Below, in pieces: positions 19,332 through 28,812 of a stretch of 64,000 nt of DNA. Both the position numbers and the translations under genes were made by a program. The first letter of the stretch is position 1, and every line of letters starts with the position of its first letter. The notes below the pieces were generated by a model. The model had not been told where the DNA came from. It saw nothing but the letters and a program-made list of their open reading frames with translations, and made no database searches. Source of the stretch: Spirochaetia bacterium (lineage in GTDB: Bacteria > Spirochaetota > Spirochaetia > SZUA-6 > Bin103); NCBI GenBank assembly GCA_965198005.1, contig CBDAOI010000004.1, positions 704,001 through 768,000 on the forward strand. The letters run 5' to 3'.

Positions 19332-19997
19332 CTACAGCAGGTGGCGCAGGCGTGCGCGTTTGGTGGCCAGGTAGGTGCGGTTGGCGGGCCTGGCGGCTGC
19401 CACCACGGGAATGCGTCGGGTGACGGTGATCCCCTCCCGCTCCAGGCCGCTGATCTTTTCCGGATTGTTGGTCAGCAGGCGGACCGACACGATCCCCAGC
19501 AGCTCGATGACGCGGGCGGCTGCCCGGTAGTCGCGCGCGTCGGCAGGAAACCCGAGCTGCTCGTTGGCGGCCACGGTATCGAGCCCGCGGTCCTGCAGCT
19601 CGTAGGCGCGGATCTTGTTCAGCAGGCCGATGCCGCGGCCCTCCTGGCGCAGATAGACCACGGCGCCGCGGTCGTGGCCGGCGACGTAGCGCAGCGAGGC
19701 CTCCAACTGCTCGCGGCAGTCGCACCGCAGCGAGCCGAAGATGTCCCCCGTGTGACACTCGGAGTGGACCCGCACCGGGCAGTCGGCGGCGCCGCGCAGT
19801 TCGCCGCGCACCACCGCGGTGAACTCGTTGCCGGTCGCGCCGTCCTCGAACCCCAGCAGCGTGAACTCCCCGAACAGGGTGGGGAAGGCGGCGCGTGCCA
19901 CCAGCCGCACGCGGCCGTCCGCACCGTCGCCGCCGCCGGCACCGTCGCGGTCGCTGAGTGGGGTGGAGCGGAGGCTTCGATGTTCTCCCGGGCTCAT
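19332..19997 (-). CDS. ribA: GTP cyclohydrolase II
   Basis: VRVHSECHTGDIFGSLRCDC, RQEGRGIGL, LLTNNPEK; TGATG coupling to upstream gene. Confidence 0.95.
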   Translation of the reverse strand: MSPGEHRSLRSTPLSDRDGAGGGDGADGRVRLVARAAFPTLFGEFTLLGFEDGATGNEFTAVVRGELRGAADCPVRVHSECHTGDIFGSLRCDCREQLEASLRYVAGHDRGAVVYLRQEGRGIGLLNKIRAYELQDRGLDTVAANEQLGFPADARDYRAAARVIELLGIVSVRLLTNNPEKISGLEREGITVTRRIPVVAAARPANRTYLATKRARLRHLL

Positions 19998-22210
19998 CAG
20001 GGGGCTTCGGCCACCGCGGCCGGCCCGGCTGGCGCCGGCTGTCGGGGTGCGCGCCGCCGCCGCGACAGCAGCCGGTAGCGCAGGAGCCGCCAGTACGAGC
20101 CGCGAATGAAGCGCAGGTCCCGTGGTCTGAGAGTCCGCCCCGCGTACACGGTCTGCGCCACCAGACCGGTGAACCGCTCCAGCAGGCGCGCCGCGGCCGG
20201 CGCCCGCCGCGCTGCCACCGCCACCCGGTACCGGTCGCGCCACGCCAGCCACCCGATGTGGCTCGGGTCCGGCACCCCGAACGTACGGGCCAGCAGCACG
20301 TGGCGCCGCGACAGCCGTATGAACGGGCGCAGCTCCCGGGTCACGCGCGGCTCCCGCAGGCGCCGGACCACGCGCCACGCCACCAGCGCCACTACCGCCA
20401 GGCCTGCTGCTCCCGCCGCCACGATCCACCAGGCCCGCAGCGCGGCCGCCGCGGCCGCCGCATCATCCTCCAGCGCGGTCACGTCCACCGTGCGGTCGCC
20501 GAGAATCGACTCCACCTGGCGCAGCGTGAATTCGTCCAGCTCCATGTAGAAGTCCAACATCATCAGCATCGGATCCTCACCGAAGAAGTTGCTGTACTGG
20601 CTCGGGTTCACCGCCGGCGTCGCCTCCCAGGCGGTCCAGCCGGCGTCCTCCAACCACACTTCCGGCCAGCTATGCGCCGCCAGCCCGGTGACCGTGGTTT
20701 CGTTCTCACCGGCCGGAAAGTTGACCAGAAACCCGGTGTTGTACCGCGCCGGGATGTTGTTCAGCCGCGCCATGATGGTAAACGCCGTGGCGAAGTGCAC
20801 GCAGTACCCTTTGCGTTCGTCGAACAGGAACTTGTCGATGAAGTCCTCGGACCGCCGCAGGTTCTCGATGTTGAGCGAATAGGTGCAGGTGCCGGAGAGA
20901 TACCCGGAAAGCTCATTCAGAAGCTGCCGCTCGGTGGCGCCCGAATCGACGAAGCTGGCCGCGATCTCCCGTACTTCGCGGCTGGTTCCGCGCGGCAGTT
21001 GCAGGTACCGGCGCCGTTGCTCCGCCGACAGCGGCCGCGTCCGCGTAGCCTGTTGCAGCAGGCCGTCCCGTTGGTCGCGCTCGATGAACAGCACGTCCCC
21101 GGCCACCAGCGGCTCGGTGAGCTGAAAGCCCCGGTGGAAGTGACCGCTCTGCAGGTCCGGTACGTCGCGCGGAAACCGGAACCGGAACGCGTCGAGGGTG
21201 TAGGGCAACTTGTTGTAGAAGTCGATTATCAGTTCCACCCGGATCGGGCGGTGGCGCGTCTGCGGGCGCCCGCGCCACAGGATCGATCCCGGCGAAGTGA
21301 CCGTTTCGTGCGGCTTGAAGGTGGTCTTCCAGGTCTTGCCGTCGTAGTGATCGAACACGTCGGTCTTGAGGTACAGTGGCCCTTCGACTTCGGCCCGGAC
21401 CTGAAAGATCGGCAGCGGCGACAGCACCGGCGTGCCGCCCAGCGAGCGTTCCTGAAACGAGTAGCCGTAGCCGGGAATGCCGTACAGCAGCGGGAACTGC
21501 GGCAGCGTGTTCGATACGTACTGGCGCAACTTCGGGTGCAGCGTAACGTCGATCAGCTTGCTGCCGGTGGCGGTGCGGCTGCCGGACAGCGCCAGCGCGG
21601 TCAGCATCACCACGGTGAAGAAGGCGCAGCCGTAGATCACCCTGCGCAGCAGGTACCTGCGCTCGCCCGCCCGCAGCAGAAGGTAGAACACGCACGCCAG
21701 TACCGTCACCAGCGACAACATGTAGAACAGAGAGGTCTGCACGATCACCGCTACGATCGCGCAGGTGAAGGTGGCGGCCAGCAGCACCGGCCACACGTAC
21801 CCCATGGTGACGAAGGTGGCGCCGAGGGAGGTGGCGAAGAACGTAGCCATGAGGGTGAACAGATTGGACACCGTGCCGGTCGCCGTTCCCTCGGCCATCG
21901 ACTCGAACCACAACCGGTAGGCCGAGAACGGCGTGATCACGATCCCGATCAGGACCGACAGGCCGAACGCGGCGGTAGTCAGCCCCGACGCGGCGTCCAA
22001 CGCCAGCCGCACCGGACCGGTGGCGAGCGCGCGCGCCACGTGCAGCGACGCGAGCGCGACGCTGAGCGCCAGCAGCAGGTACAGTGCCAGCGACGACCGG
22101 GTATACGCCCAGAAGAACAGGGGGATGCCTACCCCGTAGAGCAGCCCCAGCAAGGGCTTGAGGTGGAGTCTCCGGCCTATCCGCTCTATCCAGTCAGGTC
22201 TGCTCGTCGT
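19997..22210 (-). CDS. Membrane transglutaminase-like domain protein (TgpA-like); start uncertain
   Basis: N-terminal TM helices; GYCVHFA, IPARY, HSWPEV, WEATP. Confidence 0.85.
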   Translation of the reverse strand, partial: TTSRPDWIERIGRRLHLKPLLGLLYGVGIPLFFWAYTRSSLALYLLLALSVALASLHVARALATGPVRLALDAASGLTTAAFGLSVLIGIVITPFSAYRLWFESMAEGTATGTVSNLFTLMATFFATSLGATFVTMGYVWPVLLAATFTCAIVAVIVQTSLFYMLSLVTVLACVFYLLLRAGERRYLLRRVIYGCAFFTVVMLTALALSGSRTATGSKLIDVTLHPKLRQYVSNTLPQFPLLYGIPGYGYSFQERSLGGTPVLSPLPIFQVRAEVEGPLYLKTDVFDHYDGKTWKTTFKPHETVTSPGSILWRGRPQTRHRPIRVELIIDFYNKLPYTLDAFRFRFPRDVPDLQSGHFHRGFQLTEPLVAGDVLFIERDQRDGLLQQATRTRPLSAEQRRRYLQLPRGTSREVREIAASFVDSGATERQLLNELSGYLSGTCTYSLNIENLRRSEDFIDKFLFDERKGYCVHFATAFTIMARLNNIPARYNTGFLVNFPAGENETTVTGLAAHSWPEVWLEDAGWTAWEATPAVNPSQYSNFFGEDPMLMMLDFYMELDEFTLRQVESILGDRTVDVTALEDDAAAAAAALRAWWIVAAGAAGLAVVALVAWRVVRRLREPRVTRELRPFIRLSRRHVLLARTFGVPDPSHIGWLAWRDRYRVAVAARRAPAAARLLERFTGLVAQTVYAGRTLRPRDLRFIRGSYWRLLRYRLLSRRRRAPRQPAPAGPAAVAEAP

Positions 22211-23540
22211 ACTCAGCCTCCAGATCGGCGACGATGGTGTCGGCGGCGCGTAGCGTGACCACCCTCGTGCCCTGCTCGCGCAGGCGGTTGAAGTAGCCGG
22301 TGGTCGCGAGCGAGCTCCCCGCAGCCGGGTCATCCGCCGCCTGATTGTAGATCAGGGTGAGCTGGAAGTTGTTGGCGCGCTGCTCCTCCAGCAGCAGCAG
22401 AATCTCCGGGTCGAGCAGATGAGTGATGAAGAACATCGAGTTGACCTCGGTGTTCATGCCGGTCTCGAGATGGCTCTGATACAACTGGGCGGCCGAGATC
22501 TCACTCTCGAACAGCAGCTCGAAGGTGGACTCGTAGAACCGCTTGAAGTCCGAGCCGTGGTCGCCGCTGAATTCGTACGGCCGGCGGCTGGCGGCGCGCA
22601 CGATCACCGGCAGGTTGCGCTCCAGAAAGTGATTCACCAGCGCCACCAGCGCCTCCACGGTCACGTCTTCGGCCAACAGCACGTCGTTCGCGGTCGGCGG
22701 CACCGGGCGCAGGTCGACGTAGATGGTCACGGCCGGCTCGGAGGTGGAGTCGTAGTCCTTCACCACCGGGATGCCGGTGCTGGCGAATTTCTTCCACGCC
22801 AGATGGCGCACCGACTCGCCCGGCCGGTACTCGCGGAGCTGGTTGAACAGCGCGTAGTCGGGCAGGGCGCCGAGCGAGCCCTCCTCGGAGGTCCCGAACC
22901 GGCGCTCGGTGCCGGGGCGGAAGCTGCGCAGCGGCAGGATGCGCGGGTAGACCCGGAACGCGCGCTTGCGCACGCGCGGCCGGATGGTGAAGAGCTGCAG
23001 CGTGTCGCTCAGTTCGATCCGATCCAGCCCGATGTGGTAGATGCCGCGGTAGGGGAGCCGGACGGACTGTTCCCGCAGCACTTCCTCGCTGCCCGGCAGG
23101 TAGGTCTGCAGCGTCTGGCCGGCGTCGGCGTTGCCGGCCCCGGCGGAACCTGCTCCGTCGGCCGGCCGGATGGCGCGAAACAGGGCGCGCACGCGCGGCA
23201 GCGGAATCCAGGACCGGTTGTGGATGACGCACCGGTAGGAGATTACCTGTCCCTTGACCGGGTGCTCGTTGCTGAAGTGCTGGCGGTAGCGCAACCTGAC
23301 GGCCCCGAACAGCAGCAGCAGCAGCGACAGCACCGGCAGCAGGATCACGGCGGAGGCGAACACCACGAAGAAGGTGCCCAGGTAGGCGGCGGCGAGATAG
23401 CTGATCACGCCGGCAAACAGGTAGACGCCCATGGCGCGCATACCCAGCACCAACGGAAACCGCTCTCTGACGCCGGCCAGGACGCCGGCCAGGACGCCGG
23501 CCAGCCGGCGGAGCGGCACGTAAAGTGCCTGGCTGCTCAC
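22194..23540 (-). CDS. DUF58 domain protein
   Basis: RGIY, VYPR, LREYRPGESVRHLAWKKFA; GTG start overlaps MoxR stop. Confidence 0.88.
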   Translation of the reverse strand: MSSQALYVPLRRLAGVLAGVLAGVRERFPLVLGMRAMGVYLFAGVISYLAAAYLGTFFVVFASAVILLPVLSLLLLLFGAVRLRYRQHFSNEHPVKGQVISYRCVIHNRSWIPLPRVRALFRAIRPADGAGSAGAGNADAGQTLQTYLPGSEEVLREQSVRLPYRGIYHIGLDRIELSDTLQLFTIRPRVRKRAFRVYPRILPLRSFRPGTERRFGTSEEGSLGALPDYALFNQLREYRPGESVRHLAWKKFASTGIPVVKDYDSTSEPAVTIYVDLRPVPPTANDVLLAEDVTVEALVALVNHFLERNLPVIVRAASRRPYEFSGDHGSDFKRFYESTFELLFESEISAAQLYQSHLETGMNTEVNSMFFITHLLDPEILLLLEEQRANNFQLTLIYNQAADDPAAGSSLATTGYFNRLREQGTRVVTLRAADTIVADLEAEYDEQT

Positions 23541-24508
23541 GTGAGCCCCGTGGGTATCGGTACCGTATCCAGCACCTGCTCGACCACCTGAGCCGGCCCC
23601 AGATTCTCCATCCGCGCCTGCGCCGACAGCACGATGCGATGGGTCAGCACGATTGCGGCCACCGCCCGCACGTCCTCGGGCATCACGTAGTCGCGGTCGT
23701 TGAACAGCGCCTCGGCCTGCGCCGCCAGCATGATGTGCTGCGCCGCGCGCGGGCTGACGCCCAGGCGCAGCAGGGAGCTGTCGCGGGTCTGCTGCGCGAG
23801 CGCCACGATATAGCGCCGCACCTCGGTGGCAACCGTCACCGACCGTACCACCCGCCGCAACTCGATCACGTCGTCCGGCTGCACCACCGGCTGCATCGCC
23901 TGCAACGGATCCAGGGCGTACTGGTCGAGGATCCGGATCTCGTCGTCGACGTGCGGGTAGCCGATCGACAGCGAGATGCCGAATCGGTCGAGCTCCCCCT
24001 CGGGCAGGTGAAACACGCCGATGAAGGTCACCGGGTTCTGGGTGGCGATGACGAAGAACGGCTCGGGCAGCCGGTAGGTGGTGCCGTCGACCGTCACCGA
24101 CCCCTCCTGCATCGCCTCCAGCAGACTCGACTGAGTGCGCGGCGAGGCGCGGTTGATCTCGTCCGCGAGGATGAACTGGTGCATGATCGCGCCCGGCTTG
24201 AACTCGAAGGTGCGCGCCTCGTTGTTCCACACCGTCATGCCGACGATGTCGCCCGGCAGCAGGTCGGGGGTGAACTGGATCCGGCCGTAGTCGGTGCCGG
24301 TGCAGGCGGCCAAACAGCGCGCGAGCGTGGTCTTGCCCACACCCGGCACGTCTTCGATCAGGACGTGCAGCCCGGCAATGAATCCGATCAGCATCTGGCG
24401 CACCTGAAGCTGCTTGCCGACGAACACTTCGCGGACCTGCCGTTCGATGGTGCGGATCTGCTCGCAGTAGTCGCTGACGTCCCGGCGTTCCATGGGTTCC
24501 GGTACCAT
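23537..24508 (-). CDS. moxR: MoxR family AAA+ ATPase
   Basis: EDVPGVGKT, RIQFTPDLLPGD, DEINRA, LLEAMQE, ATQNP. Confidence 0.95.
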   Translation of the reverse strand: MVPEPMERRDVSDYCEQIRTIERQVREVFVGKQLQVRQMLIGFIAGLHVLIEDVPGVGKTTLARCLAACTGTDYGRIQFTPDLLPGDIVGMTVWNNEARTFEFKPGAIMHQFILADEINRASPRTQSSLLEAMQEGSVTVDGTTYRLPEPFFVIATQNPVTFIGVFHLPEGELDRFGISLSIGYPHVDDEIRILDQYALDPLQAMQPVVQPDDVIELRRVVRSVTVATEVRRYIVALAQQTRDSSLLRLGVSPRAAQHIMLAAQAEALFNDRDYVMPEDVRAVAAIVLTHRIVLSAQARMENLGPAQVVEQVLDTVPIPTGLT

Positions 24509-24917
24509 GGCCTACACCGGCGGCTTAGACAAGCGCCCCGCAGCGGCAGGCGACGGGCAGTGGAGGAACGCGGCGGCCCCGCACGACCCCCGCCCGGGCG
24601 CCGGCAGCCTGCCGGAGTCCGACGAGCTCCTGGCGGTGCGGCTCACGCCACGCGCACGGGTCGGCCGCCTGCGCGGTTTCGGCGCGCCCGAGCCGGCGCG
24701 CGACCGGCGGGCAGCCGTACCCGTGCTGCTGGCCCAGGTGGCCGCCGCCCCGGTCGCCGGCCGCGCGAACGCCGAGCTGATCGCGCCGATCGCACACGCC
24801 GCACGGGTGCCGCGCAGCGCTCTCCGGATCGTGACCGGCCACCGCGCGCGCACCAAGCTGCTGCGCGTCCCCCCCGGAACCCTGGCCGCCCTCCGCCGCC
24901 ATCTCGCCACCGAGTGA
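24507..24917 (+). CDS. DUF167 (YggU-like) protein; start uncertain
   Basis: VRLTPRA, VAAAPVAGRANAEL, IVTGHRARTK. Confidence 0.7.
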   Translation: MAYTGGLDKRPAAAGDGQWRNAAAPHDPRPGAGSLPESDELLAVRLTPRARVGRLRGFGAPEPARDRRAAVPVLLAQVAAAPVAGRANAELIAPIAHAARVPRSALRIVTGHRARTKLLRVPPGTLAALRRHLATE

Positions 24918-24934
24918 ACGGAAGCCGCATTCCG

Positions 24935-25362
24935 CATCGGTGTCGACCAGTATGGCCCAGTCCGGGCGGTACGCCCCGAGCGGGGTCGGCACCGCGAACC
25001 ACCCCGGGAGCTTGGCGTATACCCTCACGGCGGCGTTCTTCTCAAGCTGATCGGCAAACCGGGCCTCGATGTCGGATTCGTAGACGACCTGCTCGTACAC
25101 CGACTTGGTGGCATCGAGCATGTTCTTGAGATACCCCGTCAGCTCTTCGTTCTCGAACAGCTCCTGCGCGTAGTAGTGGTCGTCGCCGAGGCGTTGATAC
25201 TTGATGCCGTCCACGAGCGCCTGCCGCTTGCACCGATTGATGGCCTGCGCCGCAAGCTCGATGAATGCTTGGGGGTTGCGCTTGAAGTCATCAAGGCGGT
25301 GGCTGTCGCTGAGAATCCGCTGGACGCTGCGCCGGGTGAGGCGTGTCCGGTCCTGTAACTCG
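24935..25362 (-). pseudogene. Type III restriction enzyme Res subunit C-terminal fragment
   Basis: NPQAFIE, LVDGIKY, SDIEARFA, VYAKLPGWF.VPTPLG.Y.PDWA. Confidence 0.8.
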
Positions 25363-25536
25363 GGGCTGTGACGATGCCTGCGATGTCGGCCCCCCTGATT
25401 CGACCGTGCTGGCACCGAAGAGTATAGTCGCGTTCCCGGTTAGTCTCTTGAGACCCATTGGAGAGTTAGCGCCAACGGACTTCTTGAGGAAATAAAACCC
25501 AATCGATTGTCCATGGGTTGGGTTCGGAGTGAGCAT

Positions 25537-25641
25537 TCAACGGCCTCTGGCGATCGTTACGGCATCGGCCGAAAGCTCTCCTTCCTGAAGCCCCTGCGTC
25601 CGGTCCCACTTGGCGCGGTTAATCATCCGAGCCACGAACAC
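25537..25641 (-). pseudogene. Truncated hypothetical gene, third gene of the TIGR04255-like cluster
   Basis: GGAG SD then GTG; VARMINRAKW...ELSADAVT then abrupt end. Confidence 0.4.
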
Positions 25642-26326
25642 GCGAATCTCCGAGGTCTTCGATGACGTCCCGAACGTAACGTCGAAGCCATGGCAACGGC
25701 TCATCGTGCGTCTTGAGTACTTCCAGTACGTCCCCTCCACCCCAATACTCGGCCGCTTGTACTGCGGCATCCCTGATCTCCGCATCATCCATGGCCAACG
25801 CGGAGCGCACGAGCTCCGCCCTCCAGTGGGCCGCGTCCGCGTTGGGTAGACGGGCGAGACACCGCAAAACCGACGCCGCGAAGTTCGGCTGTGTCGCGTC
25901 GAGACAGTAGTCCCACAGCCACTCGAAAACATACGATCGTTCCGTAGACCGCAAGGCGGCGTCGATGATGCTTTGGGCCGAATGGACCATTCCATCCTCT
26001 ACTGGTTCGGCCTCGAACGCAGCGATAAGGCGAGAAGCAAATCGTACTCGCGCATGATGTCGGCGCTTGGCGTCAGCTTCGACTTCCCGTGTAACCCAAT
26101 CCCTGTCTACCAATATCCGAGGTTGGAGCCAGTCGAACCAACCCGCCTGCAAATACTCTGCGAGCGCCCATTGCACGTTGCCCGCGTCGATCGAAACCGC
26201 CAGCGAATCGTTGCCGTGTTCGACTGAGCGGAACGGGTCCAGTTGTTCATGATCCGAGCGCAGTCCGTAGAGACCGAAACCAGTACCACCGGTGATTTCC
26301 AACTGAGCTCGTACTTCAATCTGCAT
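25619..26326 (-). CDS. Hypothetical protein with HEAT-like C-terminus
   Basis: 235-aa ORF coupled to upstream gene; DDAEIRDAAVQAAEYW...EPLPWLRRY. Confidence 0.6.
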   Translation of the reverse strand: MQIEVRAQLEITGGTGFGLYGLRSDHEQLDPFRSVEHGNDSLAVSIDAGNVQWALAEYLQAGWFDWLQPRILVDRDWVTREVEADAKRRHHARVRFASRLIAAFEAEPVEDGMVHSAQSIIDAALRSTERSYVFEWLWDYCLDATQPNFAASVLRCLARLPNADAAHWRAELVRSALAMDDAEIRDAAVQAAEYWGGGDVLEVLKTHDEPLPWLRRYVRDVIEDLGDSRVRGSDD

Positions 26327-26660
26327 CGAAGAGTTCCCGCGCTTTGTCTGTAATCAACATCTCGAATGCCTCGCGCTCGCGCGTGCGCAGCACATAAGTG
26401 GTTTGCAGCGCCGCGTTACGGTCGATCGGAATGGGCGCTTCCGATATGACGTCAATATCAAGAAGGAATCCAACTTGTCCTGTTTGTACATTGACAGTAC
26501 CGTGAGACAAGATAAGCCTGACATCGTCGTCATACCTGTACTCGGCGCGACTAAGGTAGTGGCCGATTCGCTCGGGCAACCCTTGGACGTCGCGCGGCGA
26601 ACACTTCAAGAAATCTTCGATTATCTTGAATCGGTCGCGCATATAGTCTGGCGCAAACAC
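26316..26660 (-). pseudogene. TIGR04255 family protein C-terminal fragment
   Basis: FLLDIDV...LR..EREAFE.LITDKARELF. Confidence 0.6.
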
Positions 26661-26789
26661 GGGATGTCGACAACCACCTGACAGCGTTGGGGTGTGGCAT
26701 GCACCGGCCCGTGATTGGTCCTGCCCGGCCCACCCTTCAGCGCTACATCTCATGATACTGGCCTCCGGCGTAGGGTCAACGCTCGACGG

Positions 26790-27020
26790 GGCTCTTCACG
26801 GTTGGCGGTCACGAGCATCGGGTGTTCGCTCTTCGGCTGCGGTATCGGATCGTCGAACTCCTGCACCGTATCGATCCAGAGCTGCGTCGGCTCCTTGGTA
26901 TGCATGTGAGCGGTCTCCTGAGTATCGCCGTGCGCCATACACGCGGGAAGGTCCGGTACGTCGGGGAACGAAGGCCTGATCTTCGTTGCTCCAATAGAGG
27001 ATGATCGCGAACTTGTACAT
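26790..27020 (-). pseudogene. HicB family antitoxin, frameshifted
   Basis: MYKFAIILYWSNEDQAFV / DVPDLPACMAHGDTQE...LWIDT...IPQPK in two frames. Confidence 0.8.
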
Positions 27021-27032
27021 CCACTCGTCCTA

Positions 27033-27254
27033 TCACACGAACTCATACACCGGCGTCCGGATGGAACGTACGGGGCTGCGTTGTTCGTGTACGATCCCTT
27101 GCAATCGTTCGACGGTCTCCGGCGAGAAGTGATGCTCGCCGGTCTCGACATTGACCCGTGCAGGGACACTCTCGACGACGAAGAGGCGCCCGTTGAATTC
27201 AACGTAGGCGCTGGCGAATAGTGGGGCAACCCGCGGGTCGAAGTACTTGTCCAC
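27033..27254 (-). CDS. YgiT-type (MqsA-like) domain protein, cysteine-less
   Basis: EFNGRLFVVESVPARVNVETGE..FSPETVERLQ...PVYEF. Confidence 0.7.
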   Translation of the reverse strand: MDKYFDPRVAPLFASAYVEFNGRLFVVESVPARVNVETGEHHFSPETVERLQGIVHEQRSPVRSIRTPVYEFV

Positions 27255-27445
27255 TCAGGCACGTAGAGCCAGTATAGCCGATGTGTCGGTAGATGGGGAG
27301 GGGCAGAGCCGTAGCCTCACCGTGGCGCCGGAATGGGAAGCGGCCCCGGGCCGTGACGTCGACGACCCCGTGATGGACTGCTCGGTGCGTGGATGCCGGC
27401 AGGTGTGTCGTCAGGGGTACGCGCCCGGCGCCCCGGCAATAATCG

Positions 27446-27475
27446 TTGACCCGGGTCGGGGCGCGACAGTACGCT
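27446..27475 (+). promoter_or_regulatory. Putative promoter of moe/moa/msr operon
   Basis: TTGACC-N18-TACGCT shortly before ATG 27490. Confidence 0.35.
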
Positions 27476-27489
27476 GACAGAGCCGAACC

Positions 27490-28812
27490 ATGAACTCCGT
27501 GGCTGAAGTCGATCGCGTGCTCGCTGGCGTGCAGCTTGCGCTGGCCCCCGAACCGTGCCCGCTGGCCGCGTGCCAGGGGCGGGTGCTGGCCGAACCGATC
27601 CGGGCGGACCGGGACCTGCCGCCGCACGACCGGGTGACCATGGACGGGATCGCGCTGGCCGCCGCCGCGCTCGAGGGGCGTGCGGGCGCGCCGCTACGGG
27701 TGGAGGGGGAGGTGCGGGCCGGCCAGGCGCGCGCCTCCCTGCGCGACTGCGCCAACGGCGCTCTGCGGGTCATGACCGGGGCCGTGCTGCCGGCCGGCAG
27801 CGACACGGTGATTCGGCATGAGGAGCTGCGGCTGGGCGATGGGGAGGTGTGGCTGGAGCCCGGGGTGCGGGTGACGCCGGGCCAGAACGTGCACCGGCAG
27901 GGGGCGGATGCCTGGGCCGGGGCCACCGTGCTGCAGCCCGGCCGGCGCATTTCCGCGGCCGACGTGGCCGTGCTGGCTTCCGTGGGGTGCGCGCAGGTGC
28001 CGGTCGGACGCCGCCCGCGGGTGGCGGTGATCTCCACCGGCGACGAGCTGATCGACGTCGGCCGGCCGATCGCCGCGCACCAGATCCGCCGCTCCAACAT
28101 CTACGCCGTGGCCGCGGCGCTGGGCGGGCTCGGGTATCCGGTGACCGCCGATCATCTGCCCGACGACCCCGAGCAGCTCGCCGCCGGCGTCGGCCGCGCG
28201 CTGGCGGCGCACGACGTGCTGATCACCACCGGCGCGGTGTCGATGGGGAGCGCCGACTATCTGCCGGAGGTGTTCGCCCGGCTCGGCGTGGCGTGCTACC
28301 TGCACCGGGTGCGGCAGCGGCCGGGCAAGCCGCTCTGGATCGGCGGCACCGACGACCGGACCGACGACGGCACCGGCGACCGGACCGAGGACCGAACCGG
28401 CGACCGGCGCGGCAGTGGGCACGGCGCCGGCTCCGGCAAGCGCGTGTTCGCGTTGCCGGGCAACCCCAATTCCGTGCTGGTGTGCCTGCGGCGGTACGTG
28501 ATCCCCTTCCTGGAACGCGCCCAGGGCGCGGCGGCGCCGCCGGTGCTGCACGCCGCCCTGACCGAACCGGTGGAGTTCGCGCCGCCCTTGACGCTGTTCC
28601 TGCCGGTGATCCTGGAGGCTGTCGGGGCCTCGCTGCAGGCGCGGCCGGCGCCGGTCCGGAACTCCGGCGACTTCCTGGCGCTGGCGGGCACCGACGGCAT
28701 CGTGGAGCTGGACGCCGGCCGCACGCGGTTCGCCACCGGAGAAGTGGTGCCGTTCCACCCGTGGCAACTGCCGCCCTGGACCGGCGCCGCCACCGCCGCG
28801 GAGCAACGATGA
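27490..28812 (+). CDS. moeA: Molybdopterin molybdenumtransferase
   Basis: MDGIA, VMTGA, ISTGDEL, TTGAVSMG, RPGKP, LPGNP. Confidence 0.95.
   Translation: MNSVAEVDRVLAGVQLALAPEPCPLAACQGRVLAEPIRADRDLPPHDRVTMDGIALAAAALEGRAGAPLRVEGEVRAGQARASLRDCANGALRVMTGAVLPAGSDTVIRHEELRLGDGEVWLEPGVRVTPGQNVHRQGADAWAGATVLQPGRRISAADVAVLASVGCAQVPVGRRPRVAVISTGDELIDVGRPIAAHQIRRSNIYAVAAALGGLGYPVTADHLPDDPEQLAAGVGRALAAHDVLITTGAVSMGSADYLPEVFARLGVACYLHRVRQRPGKPLWIGGTDDRTDDGTGDRTEDRTGDRRGSGHGAGSGKRVFALPGNPNSVLVCLRRYVIPFLERAQGAAAPPVLHAALTEPVEFAPPLTLFLPVILEAVGASLQARPAPVRNSGDFLALAGTDGIVELDAGRTRFATGEVVPFHPWQLPPWTGAATAAEQR

Noticed and set aside
27255-27489. Moco riboswitch upstream of moeA
   Set aside because: No recognisable motif, and the putative promoter lies only ~14 nt before the ATG; cmscan would settle it.
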